From assembly GCF_044704955.1 (NCBI RefSeq), contig NC_091998.1, forward strand, positions 50,344,001 to 50,408,000: a stretch of DNA of 64,000 nucleotides, read 5' to 3'. A program made the position numbers and the translations under genes. Of this stretch, positions 38,851-51,054 are shown one piece after another. Under the pieces are notes generated by a model. It saw nothing but the letters and a program-made list of their open reading frames with translations. It searched no databases and had not been told where the DNA came from. Positions within the stretch are counted from its first letter, which is position 1. Each line of letters opens with the position of its first letter. Source of the DNA: Pristiophorus japonicus (lineage: Eukaryota).

Positions 38851-39535
38851 TAACAATGGGGGAGATGCTCCAACATATGAAAATCAGGGAGGAGAGGGGA
38901 TTGGTTAATGATAATAAAAAGAAAGACTTGGATTTATATAGCGCCTTTCACGACTACCGGACGTCTCAAAGCACTTTACAGCCAATGAAGTACTTTTGGA
39001 GTGTAGTCACTGTTGTAATGTAGGAATAAAAATAAGTTCCTTTTGTTGTGCTGGGAGGAAAGAACGAGAGGGACATTTTTCATCCTGCAGTGTGCTGAAA
39101 CGGTTGATTGGGACAGTGTTTAGGGCGGTTTTCAGTCGAAATGCCAAACACCAGTACACGAAATTCAAAACATTATTCTGATATTTGTTTTGCAGATATT
39201 TTTACCAGCAACGTCAGGATGCACTAACTATTTGCGATATGACTGAAGACATGATTATGAGGAAAGCTTCAGCTCAACCTAACTTGAGCTCAATATTCAA
39301 CTTGGCGTTACTGTTCTGGGGAATAGATGACCAGTTAACACAGTGACTCCATTTAACTATTCAATAGAAGATTTATTAAAGAGAGAGAAATCTAGTTGAA
39401 GAGCAAAAGTCCATAGTTCAGACAACACCGAAAATTGGAGAGAAGATAAAGTCATCAAGGACTGGTGGCTCGATGATGGTAACTTTGGGTTTTAAAAGAC
39501 GGCATATTATGTGCTCGGCCAATACTGACCTATTC

Positions 39536-40460
39536 ATCATCATCATAGGCAGTCCCTCGGAATCGAGGAAGACGTGCTTCCACTCTTAAAATGAGTTCTT
39601 AGGTGGCTGTATAGTCCAATACGAGAACCACAGTCTCTGTCACAGATGGGACAGATAGTCGTTGAGGGAAAGGGAGGGTGGGACAGGTTTGCCGCACGCT
39701 CCTTCTGCTGCCTGCGCTTGATTTCTGCACGCTCTCAGCGATGAGACTCGAGGTGCTCAGCGCCCTCCCGGATGCACTTCCTCCACTTAGGGCGGTCTTT
39801 GGCCAGGGACTCCCAGGTGTCGGTGGGGATGTTGTACTTTATTAGGGAGGCTTTGAGGGTGTTCCTGTAACGTTTCCTCTGCCCACCTTGGGCTCGTTTG
39901 CCGTGAAGGCGTTCCGAGTAGAGCGCTTGCTTTGGGAGTCTCGTGTCTGGCCTGCGGACAATGTGGCCTGCCCAGCGGAGCTGATCAAGTGTGGTCAGTG
40001 CTTCAGTGCTGGGGATGTTGGCCTGGTCGAGGACGCTAATGTTGGTGCGCCTGTCCTCCCAGGAGATATGTAGGATCTTGCGGAGACATTGTTGGTGGCA
40101 TTTCTCCAGTGACTTCATGTCTACTGTACATGATCCATGACTCTGAGCCATACAGGAGGGCGGGTATTACTACAGCCCTGTAGACCATGAGCTTGGTAGC
40201 AGTTTTGAAGGCCTGGTCTTCAAATACTCTTTTCCTCAGGCGGCCGAAGGCTGCACTGGCACATTGGAGGCGGTATTAAATCTCATCGTCAATCTGCTCT
40301 TGTTGATAAGAGGCTCCCGAGATATGGGAAATGGTCCACGTTGTCCAGGGCCACACCGTGGATCTTGATGACTTGGGGGGCAGCTTTGCGACGAGGACAG
40401 ACTGGTAGAGGACCTTTGTCTTACGGATGTTTAGCGTAAGGCCCATGCTTTCGTACTGAT
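39536..40460 (-). mobile_element. RTE LINE 3' fragment (~0.9 kb)
   Basis: ORF 39735..40151(-) LEKCHQQCLRKIL.ISWED...QLRWAGHIVR.PDTRLPKQALYSE..HGKR.QGGQRKRY. Confidence 0.9.
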
Positions 40461-40471
40461 CTATTATCACA

Positions 40472-40897
40472 AGAACAACAACAACATATATTTATTTCTC
40501 ACCTTTAATGTAGTGAAACGTCCCAAGGTGCTTCACAGGAGTATTGTGCGATAACAATTTGACACCAAGCCGCATAAGGGAAAATTAGCGCAGGTGACCA
40601 AAAGCTTGGTCAAAGAGGTAGGTTTTAAGGAGCGTCTTGAAGGAGGAAAGAGAGAGATGGAGAGGTTTAGGGAGGGAGTTCCAGAGCTTGGGGCCCAGGC
40701 AACAGAAGGCACGGCCACCAATGGTTGAGTGATTATAATCAGGGATGCTCAGGAGGGCAGAATTGGAGGAGCGCAGATATCTTAGGGTAGTTGTGGGGCT
40801 GGAGGAGATTACAGAGATAGGAAAGGGCGAGGCCATGGAAGGATTTGTAAATAGGGATAAGAATTTTGAAATCAAGGCGTTGCTTAACCGGAAGCCG
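40472..40897 (-). mobile_element. L2 LINE 3' fragment
   Basis: LPVKQRLDFKILI..KSFHGLA and FKTLLKTYLFDQAFG. Confidence 0.85.
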
Positions 40898-41315
40898 ATC
40901 ACGGCCAACATCCAGCCAATCACATGTCGATACACACATCTACCTTAAGGAAGCTTGTGCATCAAACTACTTCTGCCAACCACCACAAACTATCCTTCAC
41001 GTCCGTTCAGAATGCCCGCAATGCTGTCATTATCTTACCACCAGCCCCAAGTTGAGTCAAAGCCTCAGGAGAAATGGGAAGAAAATTTGGGGCGGAAAAT
41101 GGAACTAGCCACTAATCTTGTATTTAATTATTTCTTGTAAATTCTTAAGAGTCCTCATTGTTGTACTTTTGGTTTGCTATATCTTACTCAGAAGGGCACC
41201 AAATCGCACCACTTACCAGCTCCCGAAAACATTTCTCTCTTTCACAGAGACAATAATCCAACTGAGGACTGAGCGAAAACTCACTGGAACCGGTGTATTT
41301 TCTGCACAGCGTTAC

Positions 41316-41828
41316 AGTCAGAAGGTTGTGGGTTCAAGTCCCACTCCAAAGACCTGACCACACAAAATCTAGACTGACACACCCAGTGCAGCACTGAGGG
41401 AGTGCTGCAGTGTCGGAGGTGTCGTCTTTTGGATGAGATGTTAAACCGAGGCCCCGTCTTCTCTCTCAGGTGGGCGTAAAAGATTGCATGGCACTATTTC
41501 GAAGAAGAGCAGGGGAGTTCTACCCCGGTGTCATAGCAATATTTAGTCCTCAATTAACATCAATTAAAAAAAAGGTTATCTTGTCATTTTCACATTGCTG
41601 TTTGTGGGATCTTGCTGTGCGCATATTGGCTGCCACATTTCTAACATTCATAGGCAGTCCCTTGGGATCGAGGAAGATTTGCTTCCACTCTTAGCATGAG
41701 TTCTTAGGTGGCTGTACAGTCCAATATGACATTAAAACAGTGACTACACTCCAAAAAGTACTTCATTGGCTTTAAGCGCTTTGAGACACCCTGAGGTCGT
41801 GAAAGGTGCTATAGAAATGCAAGTCTTT
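41316..41828 (+). mobile_element. Deu-domain SINE with a short antisense RTE tail inserted at ~41648-41728
   Basis: Box B GGTTCAAGTCC at ~41331, SINE body, ACATT duplicated around CATAGGCAGTCCC...CCAATATG. Confidence 0.8.
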
Positions 41829-42417
41829 ACTTCTATATTTCCATCTAATTTCCATCATTTTACCAGCCAGCCACTCACGAGTGGTAAAACGGTCACGAAT
41901 TCTCCATTAACTTGCCCGTGTTATGTAGGCATTGGTCAGCGAGCCTCACCTGACGCGTTTCATTAATTCATAAGACTGCAGAATGTTTCATCATTTTCCA
42001 AATGTCAACTCCTCAATCATCGCCTTACGACAAGTGCTTTCAGGGAAAAATGTGCGCGCAACCTTTAGAAATATCTCTGGCTGCCCTTCAAAGTAAATGG
42101 CAACTGAATAATGCTGATAGCACCTTCCTGCATTCGCTCCACTTGCTGGTCCTTCCTTGGACTGCACACGTCACACAGATAGGAGGCGAAGGCGGGGACT
42201 TTGCTCAAATGATACGGCCAACGCCAATCCTGCCCAATTTCCAGGGGGCACTCGGGAGCCAGTGTACACTCTCCATTGGGTTGTCGTTGAAAGCTGACAC
42301 CGAGTTACCATGGGCACCTACTACACACAGTGTCGTGGCCAAGGGCCGTGGTGCTTTGGAGAAGCTGGAGGAAATCGAACCTAAACCTCACCACTCTGGG
42401 GCACGAGTGTTTGTAAA

Positions 42418-42929
42418 TTCTTGCATTGGAGGCAGGTCAGAGAAGGTTCACGAGGTTGATTCCTGAGATGAAGGAGTTGTCTTGTGAAGAAAGGTTGAGC
42501 AGGTTGGGCCTGTACTCATTGGAGTTTGGAAGAATGAAAGGGGATCTTATTGAAACGTATACGATTCTGAGGGGGCTCGACTGGATAGATGCAGAGAGGA
42601 TGTTTCCCCTCCTGGGGGAATCTAGAACTAGGGGGCATAGTTTCAGAATAAGGGGTCTCCCATTTAAAACGGAAATGAGGAGGAATTTCTTCTCTCAGAG
42701 GGTCGTGAATCTTTGGAATTCTCTACCCCAGAGAGCTGTGGAGGCTGGGTCATTGAATATATTTAAAGTGGAGATAGATAGATTTTTGAACGATAAGCGA
42801 GTGAAGGGTTATGGGGAGCGGGCGGGGAAGTGGAGTTGAGATCAAGATCAGATCAGCCATGATCTTATTGAATGGCGGAGCAAGCTCGAGGGGCCAAATG
42901 GCCTAGTCCAATTTCTTATGTTCTTATGA
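42418..42929 (+). mobile_element. CR1 3' fragment
   Basis: ORF 42426..42839 ...FFSQRVVNLWNSLPQRAVEAG...GKWS*. Confidence 0.92.
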
Positions 42930-42931
42930 AG

Positions 42932-43520
42932 TCATAGAATGGTTACAGCACAGAAGGAGGCCATTCGGCCCGTCGAGCCTGTGCCCGCTCACTGCAAGAG
43001 CACTTCAGCCAGTCCACTCCCCCCGTCCTTTCCCCATAATCCTGCAAAATGTTTTCCTTCAGGTACACACATCTGTGAGTATGCTCACAGATTTGTAGAG
43101 CTGCTGTATTGTGAGTGGCTTAGCCAGTCACGTGATGTTCACAAGACTCAATAAAACCCCAGCCAGTTGGGTTCAGGGGATCCACGATGGGACAGGTGGT
43201 TGTGAGCCTGGCGGATGAACTGGTAATGTGTAGTGTGATTGTTAAACCTTTGCTAATAAACCAACTCGTTCTTAATAGCAATGTGTTGCTATGAATTTTT
43301 AGGCTAAGAACCCATGAAGCAAATACATTCACAAGGTACTTATCCAATTCCCTTTTGAAAGCCACGATTGAATCGACCCCCATCACCATCTCAGGCAGCG
43401 CATTCCAGATCCTAACCACTCGCTGCGTAAAAAAGTTTTTCCTCATGTCGCCTTTGCACCTGCTGCCAATCACCTTAAATCTGTGTCCTCTGGTTCTCGA
43501 CCTTTCCGCCAATGGGAACA
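42932..43520 (-). mobile_element. CR1 3' fragment split by solo LTR A copy 3
   Basis: RTRGHRFKVIG...FFTQRVVRIWNALP...FKRELDKYL. Confidence 0.85.
43066..43333 (+). mobile_element. Solo LTR family A copy 3 (empty Tx1 target site; first ~7 nt apparently lost)
   Basis: TSD AGGTA (43061-43065 / 43334-43338); uninterrupted GCTCACAGATTTGTAGAGCTGCTG; two AATAAA. Confidence 0.8.
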
Positions 43521-43844
43521 GTTTATTTTATTACATTTAAAATGTTACGATGCACGTATAGCATTGATGGTCCCCTAATCTTCGTAAAATAAACTGTAAA
43601 GGGGAATCTGGAATCAATCCGTGTGTTTCTGCGGAATACACAGCAGAATTACGAGGTGAATTTTTATGCTAACCACAGCAGAGGGCAGCATACGCAATCC
43701 TTTCGATTAAGCACTTGCACTTTTCACAAAAAACTCTGAGAAACTTTTGAGTTTGGTGCTGTCGAACTAAAGGTACACAAGGCTTGTGGATTCTGTCACA
43801 GAGAATAACTGCTCCCACTTTAAACAAACGCCCATGTAAAATTG

Positions 43845-44222
43845 AGGTCTATAAAATGATGAGGGGCTGAGATAGGAAGGACCGATTTCCTCAGCAGAAG
43901 GGTCAACAAACGGGGAAAATAGATATAAAGTGATGGGTAGGAGGTTGAGAGGGGAGTTGAGGAGAATCTTTTTCACCCAGAGGGTGGTGGGGGTCTGGAA
44001 CTCACTGCCTGAAAGGGTGGTAGAGGCAGAAACCCTCACCACATTTAAAAAGTACTTGGATGTGCACTTGATATGCCGTAACCTACAGGGCTACGGACCG
44101 AGAGCTGGAAAGTGGGATTAGGCTGGTAGCTCTTTGTCGGCCGGCACAGACACTATGGGTCAAAATGGCCTCCTGCCGCACTGTAAATTTCTGTGATTCT
44201 ATGATTTTTATGATTTCTATGA
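43845..44222 (+). mobile_element. CR1 3' fragment
   Basis: ORF 43930..44121 FFTQRVVGVWNSLPERVVEAETL...GKWD*. Confidence 0.88.
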
Positions 44223-44419
44223 AATCAGAGTAAAGTGAGCACACGGTGGGAACTGACTAGCTAAACAAATCCTGGGCATCATTGTGCTTGCTAACACTTC
44301 TTTCAGTCGCACTGCTCACTATGTATGTCAGTGGGAGTCGCAGGAGCACACTGTCCGTCTGGTAACCCCATCACCAGGCTTTCCAATACAACCGGAAATG
44401 ATCCCCTACAGTCGAACAT

Positions 44420-45180
44420 CTTGCGGCTGAACCAGACCGTTTGCCACCGCGCTGTCGTCTTTGACCCCGAGATGAGTTACCGAGCCCAGATCCGCTCCAT
44501 CACTAAGTACGCCTATTTCCACCTCTATAACATCGCCCGACTCCGCCCCTGCCTCAGCTCATCTGCTGAAACCCTCATCCGTGCCTTTGTTACCTCTAGG
44601 CTTTGACTACTCCAACGCACTCCAGCCTGGCCTCCCACATTCTATCCTCCGTAATCTTGAGGCCATCCAAAACTCGGCTGCCCCGTGTCCTAACTCGCAC
44701 CAAGTCCCGCTCACCCATCAGCCTTGTGCTCGTTGACCTGCATTGGCTCCCGGTTAAGCAACGCCTCGATTTCAAAATTCTCATCCTTATTTTCAGATCC
44801 TTTCGTGGCCCTCACTCCCTCCATATCTCTGTAATCTCCTCCAGCTCCACAACCACAGCTCCCCCCCCCCCGCCCCCCGAGATGTCTACACCCCTCTAAT
44901 CTAATTCTGCCCTCTTGAGCATCCCTGATTAGAATCGATCCACCATCGGCGGCTGTGCCTTCAGCTGCCTGGGCCCCAAGCTCTGGAACTCCCTCCCGAA
45001 ACCCATCCGTCTCTCTCTCTCTCTCTCCTCCTTTAAGGCACTCCTGAAAACCTAGCTGTTTCACCTGTCCTAATATTTCCTCGCGTGGTTTGGTGTCAAA
45101 TTTTGTTTGATAATGTTCCTGTGCAGCACCTTGGGATATTTTACTACATTAAAGATGCTATATAAATGGAAGTTATTGTT
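44420..45180 (+). mobile_element. L2 LINE 3' fragment
   Basis: VVFDPEMS...AYFHLYNIARLRPCLSSSAETLIRAFVTSRL and LHWLPVKQRLDFKIL. Confidence 0.88.
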
Positions 45181-45449
45181 AATAAACTGCTGGGATTGGC
45201 TCGTGATATTACCTACACCTTAAAACGTGTGATTGCACACACTAAAGTAGAACTGTTTGACATCAGCTCAACCCCAACATGTCGGACTCCCTTGGAACAC
45301 GAGGAGATTCAGATTACGTTTCGCATTATTGGTTCGTTGACGTATTTGTATGAAAAACCTAATCCACTGATTTAAAGTCCTTGTTAAAATAACAGACAAA
45401 GGACATTCACACAAAAACCTGCATTTATAGAGAACCTTCAATATCTTCT

Positions 45450-46150
45450 TAGGCAGTTGCCCGGAGTTGAGGATGACTTGCTTCCACACCAATATGAGGT
45501 GACTAATGAATCTTATGCAGGACCTGTGGGACAGAGGGTGGTTGGAGGGACGGGTGGGTGGGGGGGCTTGGGTTGCCGAGCGCTCCTTCCGCTGTTTGTG
45601 CTCGGCTTCCGCGTGCTCCCGGCGAAGAGACTCGGGGTGGTCACCACCTTCTCGGATGCTTCTCCTCCACATTGAGTGGTTTTGGGCCAGGGATTCCCAG
45701 GTGTCGGTGGGGATGTTACATTATCTCAAAGAGGCTTTGAGGGTGTCCTTGAAGCGTTTTCTCTGCCCTCCTGGGACTCGCTTGCCGTGACGGAGCTCGG
45801 AGCAGAGCGCCTGTTTCGGGAGTCTAGTATCGGGCGTGCGGACAATGTGGCCCGTCCATCTGAGCTGATCGAGCGTGGTCATTGCCTCGATGCTGGGGAT
45901 GTTGGCCTGAGAGAGCGCAATGACGTTGGTTCACCTATCCTGCCAATGAATTTGCAGGATTTTGAGGAGGAAGTGTTGGTGGTACTTCTCCAGTGCTTTG
46001 AGGTGCCTGCTGTACATAGTCCATGTCTCTGAAGCATATAGGAGGGTGGGTATCACTACTGCTCTGTGGACCATGAGCTTGGTGCTGGGTTTGAGCTCCT
46101 GGTCTTCGAACACTCTTTTCCTCAGGCGACCGAAAGCTGCACTGGCGATG
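45450..46150 (-). mobile_element. RTE LINE 3' fragment (diverged subfamily)
   Basis: TKLMVHRAVVIPTLLYASETWT.YSRHLKALEKYHQ..L.KILQIHWQD. Confidence 0.88.
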
Positions 46151-46524
46151 TCTGCCCTTGCTGCCAGAAGGCTCTCAAGGAATTCTTCAATGTAGAGACA
46201 TCTTTATCAGGAGTGGGTGTTGAAAAATATCATCCCACCTCCCGCAAAAGAGGGTTCCTGCTCATCAGCTATCTGCACCGTCAGTGTGATCACTGTTGAG
46301 ATGAACTGGCCTCTTGAAATCACAGGTTTCCGTGCTGGTTATACGCAATGTATTCCAGTCCCACCAGCGAGCGACAGAATCAGATAATAAGCCTTTAAAA
46401 GGCATTTAATTTAAAAAAATCAATTTGACACAGAGTTGAACGAGGAGATGCATATAACACAGAATGTTTGCCGTCTCCAATAGATTCCCATACCCTTCAC
46501 AACTATGCCTCTCAAACAGAATGG

Positions 46525-47200
46525 TACGGTAGCACAGTGGGTCTGTTACTGGTAATCCAGGGGCCTGGGCTAATGATCCAGAGACATGAGTTCAAATCCC
46601 ACCATGGCAGCTGTGGAATTTCAATCCAATTAATTGAATAAATTGGGAATAAAAAGCTAGTGTCAGTAATAGTGACTGTGAAACTACCAGATTGTCGTAA
46701 AAACTCAGCTGGTTCACTTAATGTCCTTTTAGGGAAGGCAATTTGCTGCCCTTACTCGGTCTGGCCTATTTATGACTCCAGTCCCACATCATCAAAGACA
46801 GTCCCTCGGAATTGAGGGAGACTTGCTTCCACTCTTAGCATGAGTTCTTAGGTGGCTGTACAGTCCAATATGAGAACCACAGTCTCTGTCACAGGTGGGA
46901 CACACAATGGTTGAAGGAAGGGGTGGGTGGGACAGGTTTGCCGTATGCTCCTTCCGCTGCCTGTGCTTGATTTCTGCATGCTCTCGGCGACCGATACTCG
47001 AGGAGCTCAGCGCCCTCCCAGATGCACTTCCTCCACTTAGGGTGGTCTTTGGCCAGGGACTCCCAGGTGTCAGTGGGGATATTGCACTTTATCAGGGAGG
47101 CTTTTGACTCTCACGTGGCCTCATAAGACACTCCAGGGCAATTAGGGATGGGCAATAAATGCTGGTCTTTCCAACACTGCCCACATCCTGTGAGCAAATA
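46525..47200 (+). mobile_element. tRNA-derived SINE (second family) with CR1-group tail, split by RTE
   Basis: TAGCACAGTGG box A-like and GAGTTCAAATCC box B; the tail GGGCAATTAGGGATGGGCAATAAATGCTGG is shared with the LINE ends at ~8290 and ~31165. Confidence 0.6.
46787..47103 (-). mobile_element. RTE LINE 3' end
   Basis: Collinear with 14288-14603 and 39536-39855. Confidence 0.85.
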
Positions 47201-47469
47201 TATATATTAAAAAAAAACAAAATTGTGTGTGGGGATCCCATTTAAATAGTGACAAATTCCCGGGGATGCCCAACAAGTCCTGGTACATTCCTGTCCCATC
47301 TTTTGAAAGGCAGCATTAGCTACCCAAAGGATAAGAACGCTGCCGTTGTAGGAAATAGCTGTTGTCCCCGTACTGCAGCAGGAATAATGTGTTGGTAAAT
47401 CAAGAAACAAACAACAAAATAGGACATACTCGCTCAATGAGAGGCAGAATATTATGAACTCACGAAGAA

Positions 47470-48622
47470 GAAACACTTGCATTTGTATAGCGCCTTTCAC
47501 GCTCGCAGGACGTTCCCAAAGCGCTTTATAGCCAATGAAGTACTTTTTGAAGTGCAGTCACTGTTGTAATGTAGGAAACACATTTGCTGTGTAGGCAGCC
47601 AATTTGCGCACAGCAAGCTCCCACATACAGCAATGTGATAATGACCAGATAGTCTTTTTTTTAAGTGATGTTTGTTGAGGGATAAATATTGGCCCAGGAC
47701 ACCATGGATAACTCCCCTGCTCCTCTTTGAAATAGTGGCCATGGGATCTTTTACATCCACCAGAGAGGGCAGACATAGAAACATAGAAAATAGGTGCAGG
47801 AGTAGGCCATTCGGCCCTTCAAGCCTGCATCAACATTCAATATGATCATGGCTGATCGTGCAACTTCAGTACCCCATTCCTGCTTTCTCTCCATACCCCT
47901 TGATCCCTTTAGCCGTAAGAGCCACATCTAACTCCCTTTTGAATATATCTAACAAACTGGCCTCAACAATTTTCTGCGGTAGAGAATTCCACATGCTCAC
48001 AATTCTCTGAGTGAAGAAGTTTCTCCTCATCTCGGTCCTAAATGGCTTACCCCTTATCCTTAGACTGTGACCCCTGGTTCTGGACTTCCCCAGCATCGGG
48101 AACATTCTTCCTGCATCTAACCTGTCCAATCCCGTCAGAATTTTATATGTTTCTATGAGATCCCCTCTCATTCTTCTAAATTCCAGTGAACAGAAGCCTA
48201 GTCGATCCAGTCTTTCTTCATATGTCAGTCCTGCCATCCCGGGAATCAATCTGGTGAACCTTCACTCCCTCAATAGCAGCGAAGGTTCACCAGACTGATT
48301 CCCGGGATGTCAGGACGGATATATGAAGAAAGACTGGATCGACTAGGCTTATATTCACTGGAATTTAGAAGAATGAGAGGGGATCTCATAGAAACATATT
48401 AAAATGCTGATGGGATTGGACAGGTTAGATGCAGGAAGAATGTTCCCGGCGGGGCCTCGGTTTAACGTCTCATCCGAAAGACGGCACCTCCAACAGTGCA
48501 GCGCTCCCTCAGCACCACACTGGGAGTGTTGGCCTAGAGTAATGTGCTCGAGTCGCTGGAGTGGGACTTGAACCCACACAACCTTCTGACACAGAGGCGA
48601 GAGAGAGTGCTACCCACTGAGT
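47470..48622 (-). mobile_element. Deu-domain SINE (47470-47772 and 48449-48622) split by CR1 sequence
   Basis: GAGAGGGCAGAC | GGGGCCTCGGTTTAACG rejoin; tRNA head at 48560-48620. Confidence 0.8.
47773..48446 (-). mobile_element. Young CR1 (minus, 47773-48277) with an inverted duplicate segment (plus, 48278-48446)
   Basis: ORF 47866..48249(-); 48281-48446 is the reverse complement of ~48098-48263. Confidence 0.85.
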
Positions 48623-49683
48623 TCGAAACATCACAATCCCTGGATTTGAAGCACACCAACATTGAAAACGCCCTCGATTCCTCTGCCGAGGGTGTACCCG
48701 GACTACAGACGTTACTCGCACCCATAAAAGTTGCCTCTCCCTTGACTAATCTTGTTTGCAATTTAACATTTCAGCAGCTGCCCAGGAAGCCGCTGAATGG
48801 CGCGTTTGTAACTCAAAGAGACTCAACGAGCACAACGTGGGTTTCCAGCTTTTCTTTTCCCCCGGATGCAAAGAAAACTTGTAATGGAGAAGCTAGAACG
48901 AATTAGCTGATACTGTGCCTTGGAGTGAATGTGAGTTCTCTTTTAAAAAAAACCTTTGCTGCCGAGAACTGGCGGGGGAGGGGGGGGGGGGGGGTGAAGA
49001 AAAAGTACCTACTTTGTGTTTTTGGCCGGTTCAACCCTCCATGGGTGAATTCTTCAGTAGTTGCTGGCTCTGTTCACGGGTATAGAAGGACAGCTGTGTG
49101 CTGTCTGCCAAAGCAAATAGCAATGTCCCTCAGTAACCGTGTTAAACAAAAACCATATAACCCAGGTGTCATTTGCAGCAAGCAATATTGCCCAGAGACG
49201 TTAACAAGTGGACCTCCCTCAAACACTTGTTTACCGAGGATTAGGGCAAAGTTATTAAAGCAGCTGGATGCAGTCTGAAAGCACTGGAAAGTCACACACA
49301 GGCCTAAGCTCAATGGAATCTTCCCCTTCCTCCTCCGATTTAATAAGAGCTGCAAATCCTAATTATCTCTCATTAATTCAGGACGGGGCACACAGCACAG
49401 CTCCCCGGTTCCTTCAGTGTGATATCTTACTCAAAGAGGGAGAGGTGGACTGGTTACACTGGTCCAAGGAAAGATGTTGCCGAGCAGACATGATGCTTTG
49501 GCCTTCAAATTCCGTCGCAATCTTTTCAGCGTTGTCAATGTGCTGCATCTGTCGCTAATTTTTTTCCCAGATTTTTTTTTCCTCCCCTTCTCGATTTCTT
49601 CCTTCCTCTCTTTTTTTAAAAAATATTGTCGAATTTTCTCCTGAGCAGCAAGCACAGGCTCTGGCTGGCGGCCTGCGGATAAC

Positions 49684-50080
49684 TGGAACGAGAGGCCAGT
49701 CAGCTCCTCGGGCCTGTTACCATAGGAATAGGAGGCCATTCAGCCCATCGGGCCTGTTACCATAGGAGCAGGAGGCCATTCGGCCAACGGGCCTGTTACC
49801 ATAGGAGCAGGAGGCCATTCAGCCCCTCGGGCCTGTTACCATAGGGGCAGGAGGCCATTCAGTCCATCGGGCCTGTTACCATAGGAGCAGGAGGCCATTC
49901 AGCCAATCGGGCCTGTTACCATAGGAACAAGAGGCCATTGAGTCCCTTCGGGCCTGTTACCATAGGAACAGGAGGCCATTCAGCCCCTTCAGGCCTGTTA
50001 CCATAGGAACAGGAAGCCATTCAGCCCCTTGGGCCTGTTATCATAGGAACAGGAGGAGGCCCATTCAGCCCCTCGAGCCT
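49684..50080. repeat. ~40-bp minisatellite (~9-10 copies) of the CR1 3'-terminal stem-loop
   Basis: Unit GGGCCTGTTACCATAGGAGCAGGAGGCCATTCAGCCC.TC runs directly into the CR1 tail at 50040-50312. Confidence 0.9.
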
Positions 50081-50312
50081 GTTCCGCCCATTCAATGAGA
50101 TCATGGCTGATCTGCGACCAAACTCCATATACCTGCCTTTCGCCCATATCCCTTAATATCTTTGGGGAACAAAAATCTATCGATCTCAGATTTAAAATTA
50201 ACAACTGACCCAGCATCAATTGCCATTTGCAGAAGCGAGTTCCAAACTTCTACCGCCCTTTGTGTGTTGAATTGTTTCCTAATTTCACTCCCAAAAGATC
50301 TGGCTCTAATTT
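50040..50312 (-). mobile_element. CR1 3' fragment
   Basis: FNTQRAVEVWNSL.QMAIDAGSVVNFKSEIDRFL..KDIKGYG. Confidence 0.85.
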
Positions 50313-50580
50313 TTACTCCGAGACTCTCAAACCAGCAGTCTTGTCGCACGGATGTTATCAGCCTGACCACGACCTCACCCACGTGACCCTTCTTCAAGTG
50401 GGAACGCAGTAGACAGATTATTCCTCCTGGGGGAAGGCTGACAGCTCAACTGGATCATCCTCTTATCGACGTCCACACAAGTACACATTCCAGCAGGCAC
50501 ACCAGGAGCAAGAAGCCAGATTGATTTCTCCTTCCGCGCCTCCCACCCCCCAAATCCCCTTCCGAGAGCAATGATCCTGA

Positions 50581-51025
50581 GAAAGAAAGACTTGCATTCA
50601 TATAGTGACTTTTATGACCACCAGACGTCTCCAATACTTTACAGCCAATGAAGCATTTTTGGAGTGTAGTCACTGTTGTAATGTACAAAACGCAGCAGTC
50701 AATTTGCACACAGCAAGCTCCCACAAACAGCAATGTGATCATGACAAGATAATTGAGGGATAAATATTGGCCTCGGACACTGGGGATAACTCCCCTGCTC
50801 TTCTTCAAAATAGTGTCATGGGATCGTTGACGTCCACCGGAGAGCAGACGGAATCTCAGTTTAACATCTCATCTGGAAGACGGCACCTCTGACAAGACAG
50901 CACTCCCTCAGCACTGCCCTGGCGTGTCAGCCAAGATTTATTTGTGCTCAAGTCCCTGGAGTGAGACTTGAACCCACAACCTTCCGACTCAGAGGCGAGG
51001 GTGCTGCCCACTGAGCCACAGCTGG
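50581..51025 (-). mobile_element. Deu-domain SINE, full length
   Basis: Head at 50960-51025, body and tail collinear with 6578-7058. Confidence 0.85.
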
Positions 51026-51054
51026 CACAGCTAAGGCCAAATGGCAGATGCCCA

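Noticed and set aside
49684-50080. CRISPR-like 40-bp repeats
   Set aside because: No spacers; the unit derives from the adjacent CR1 tail.
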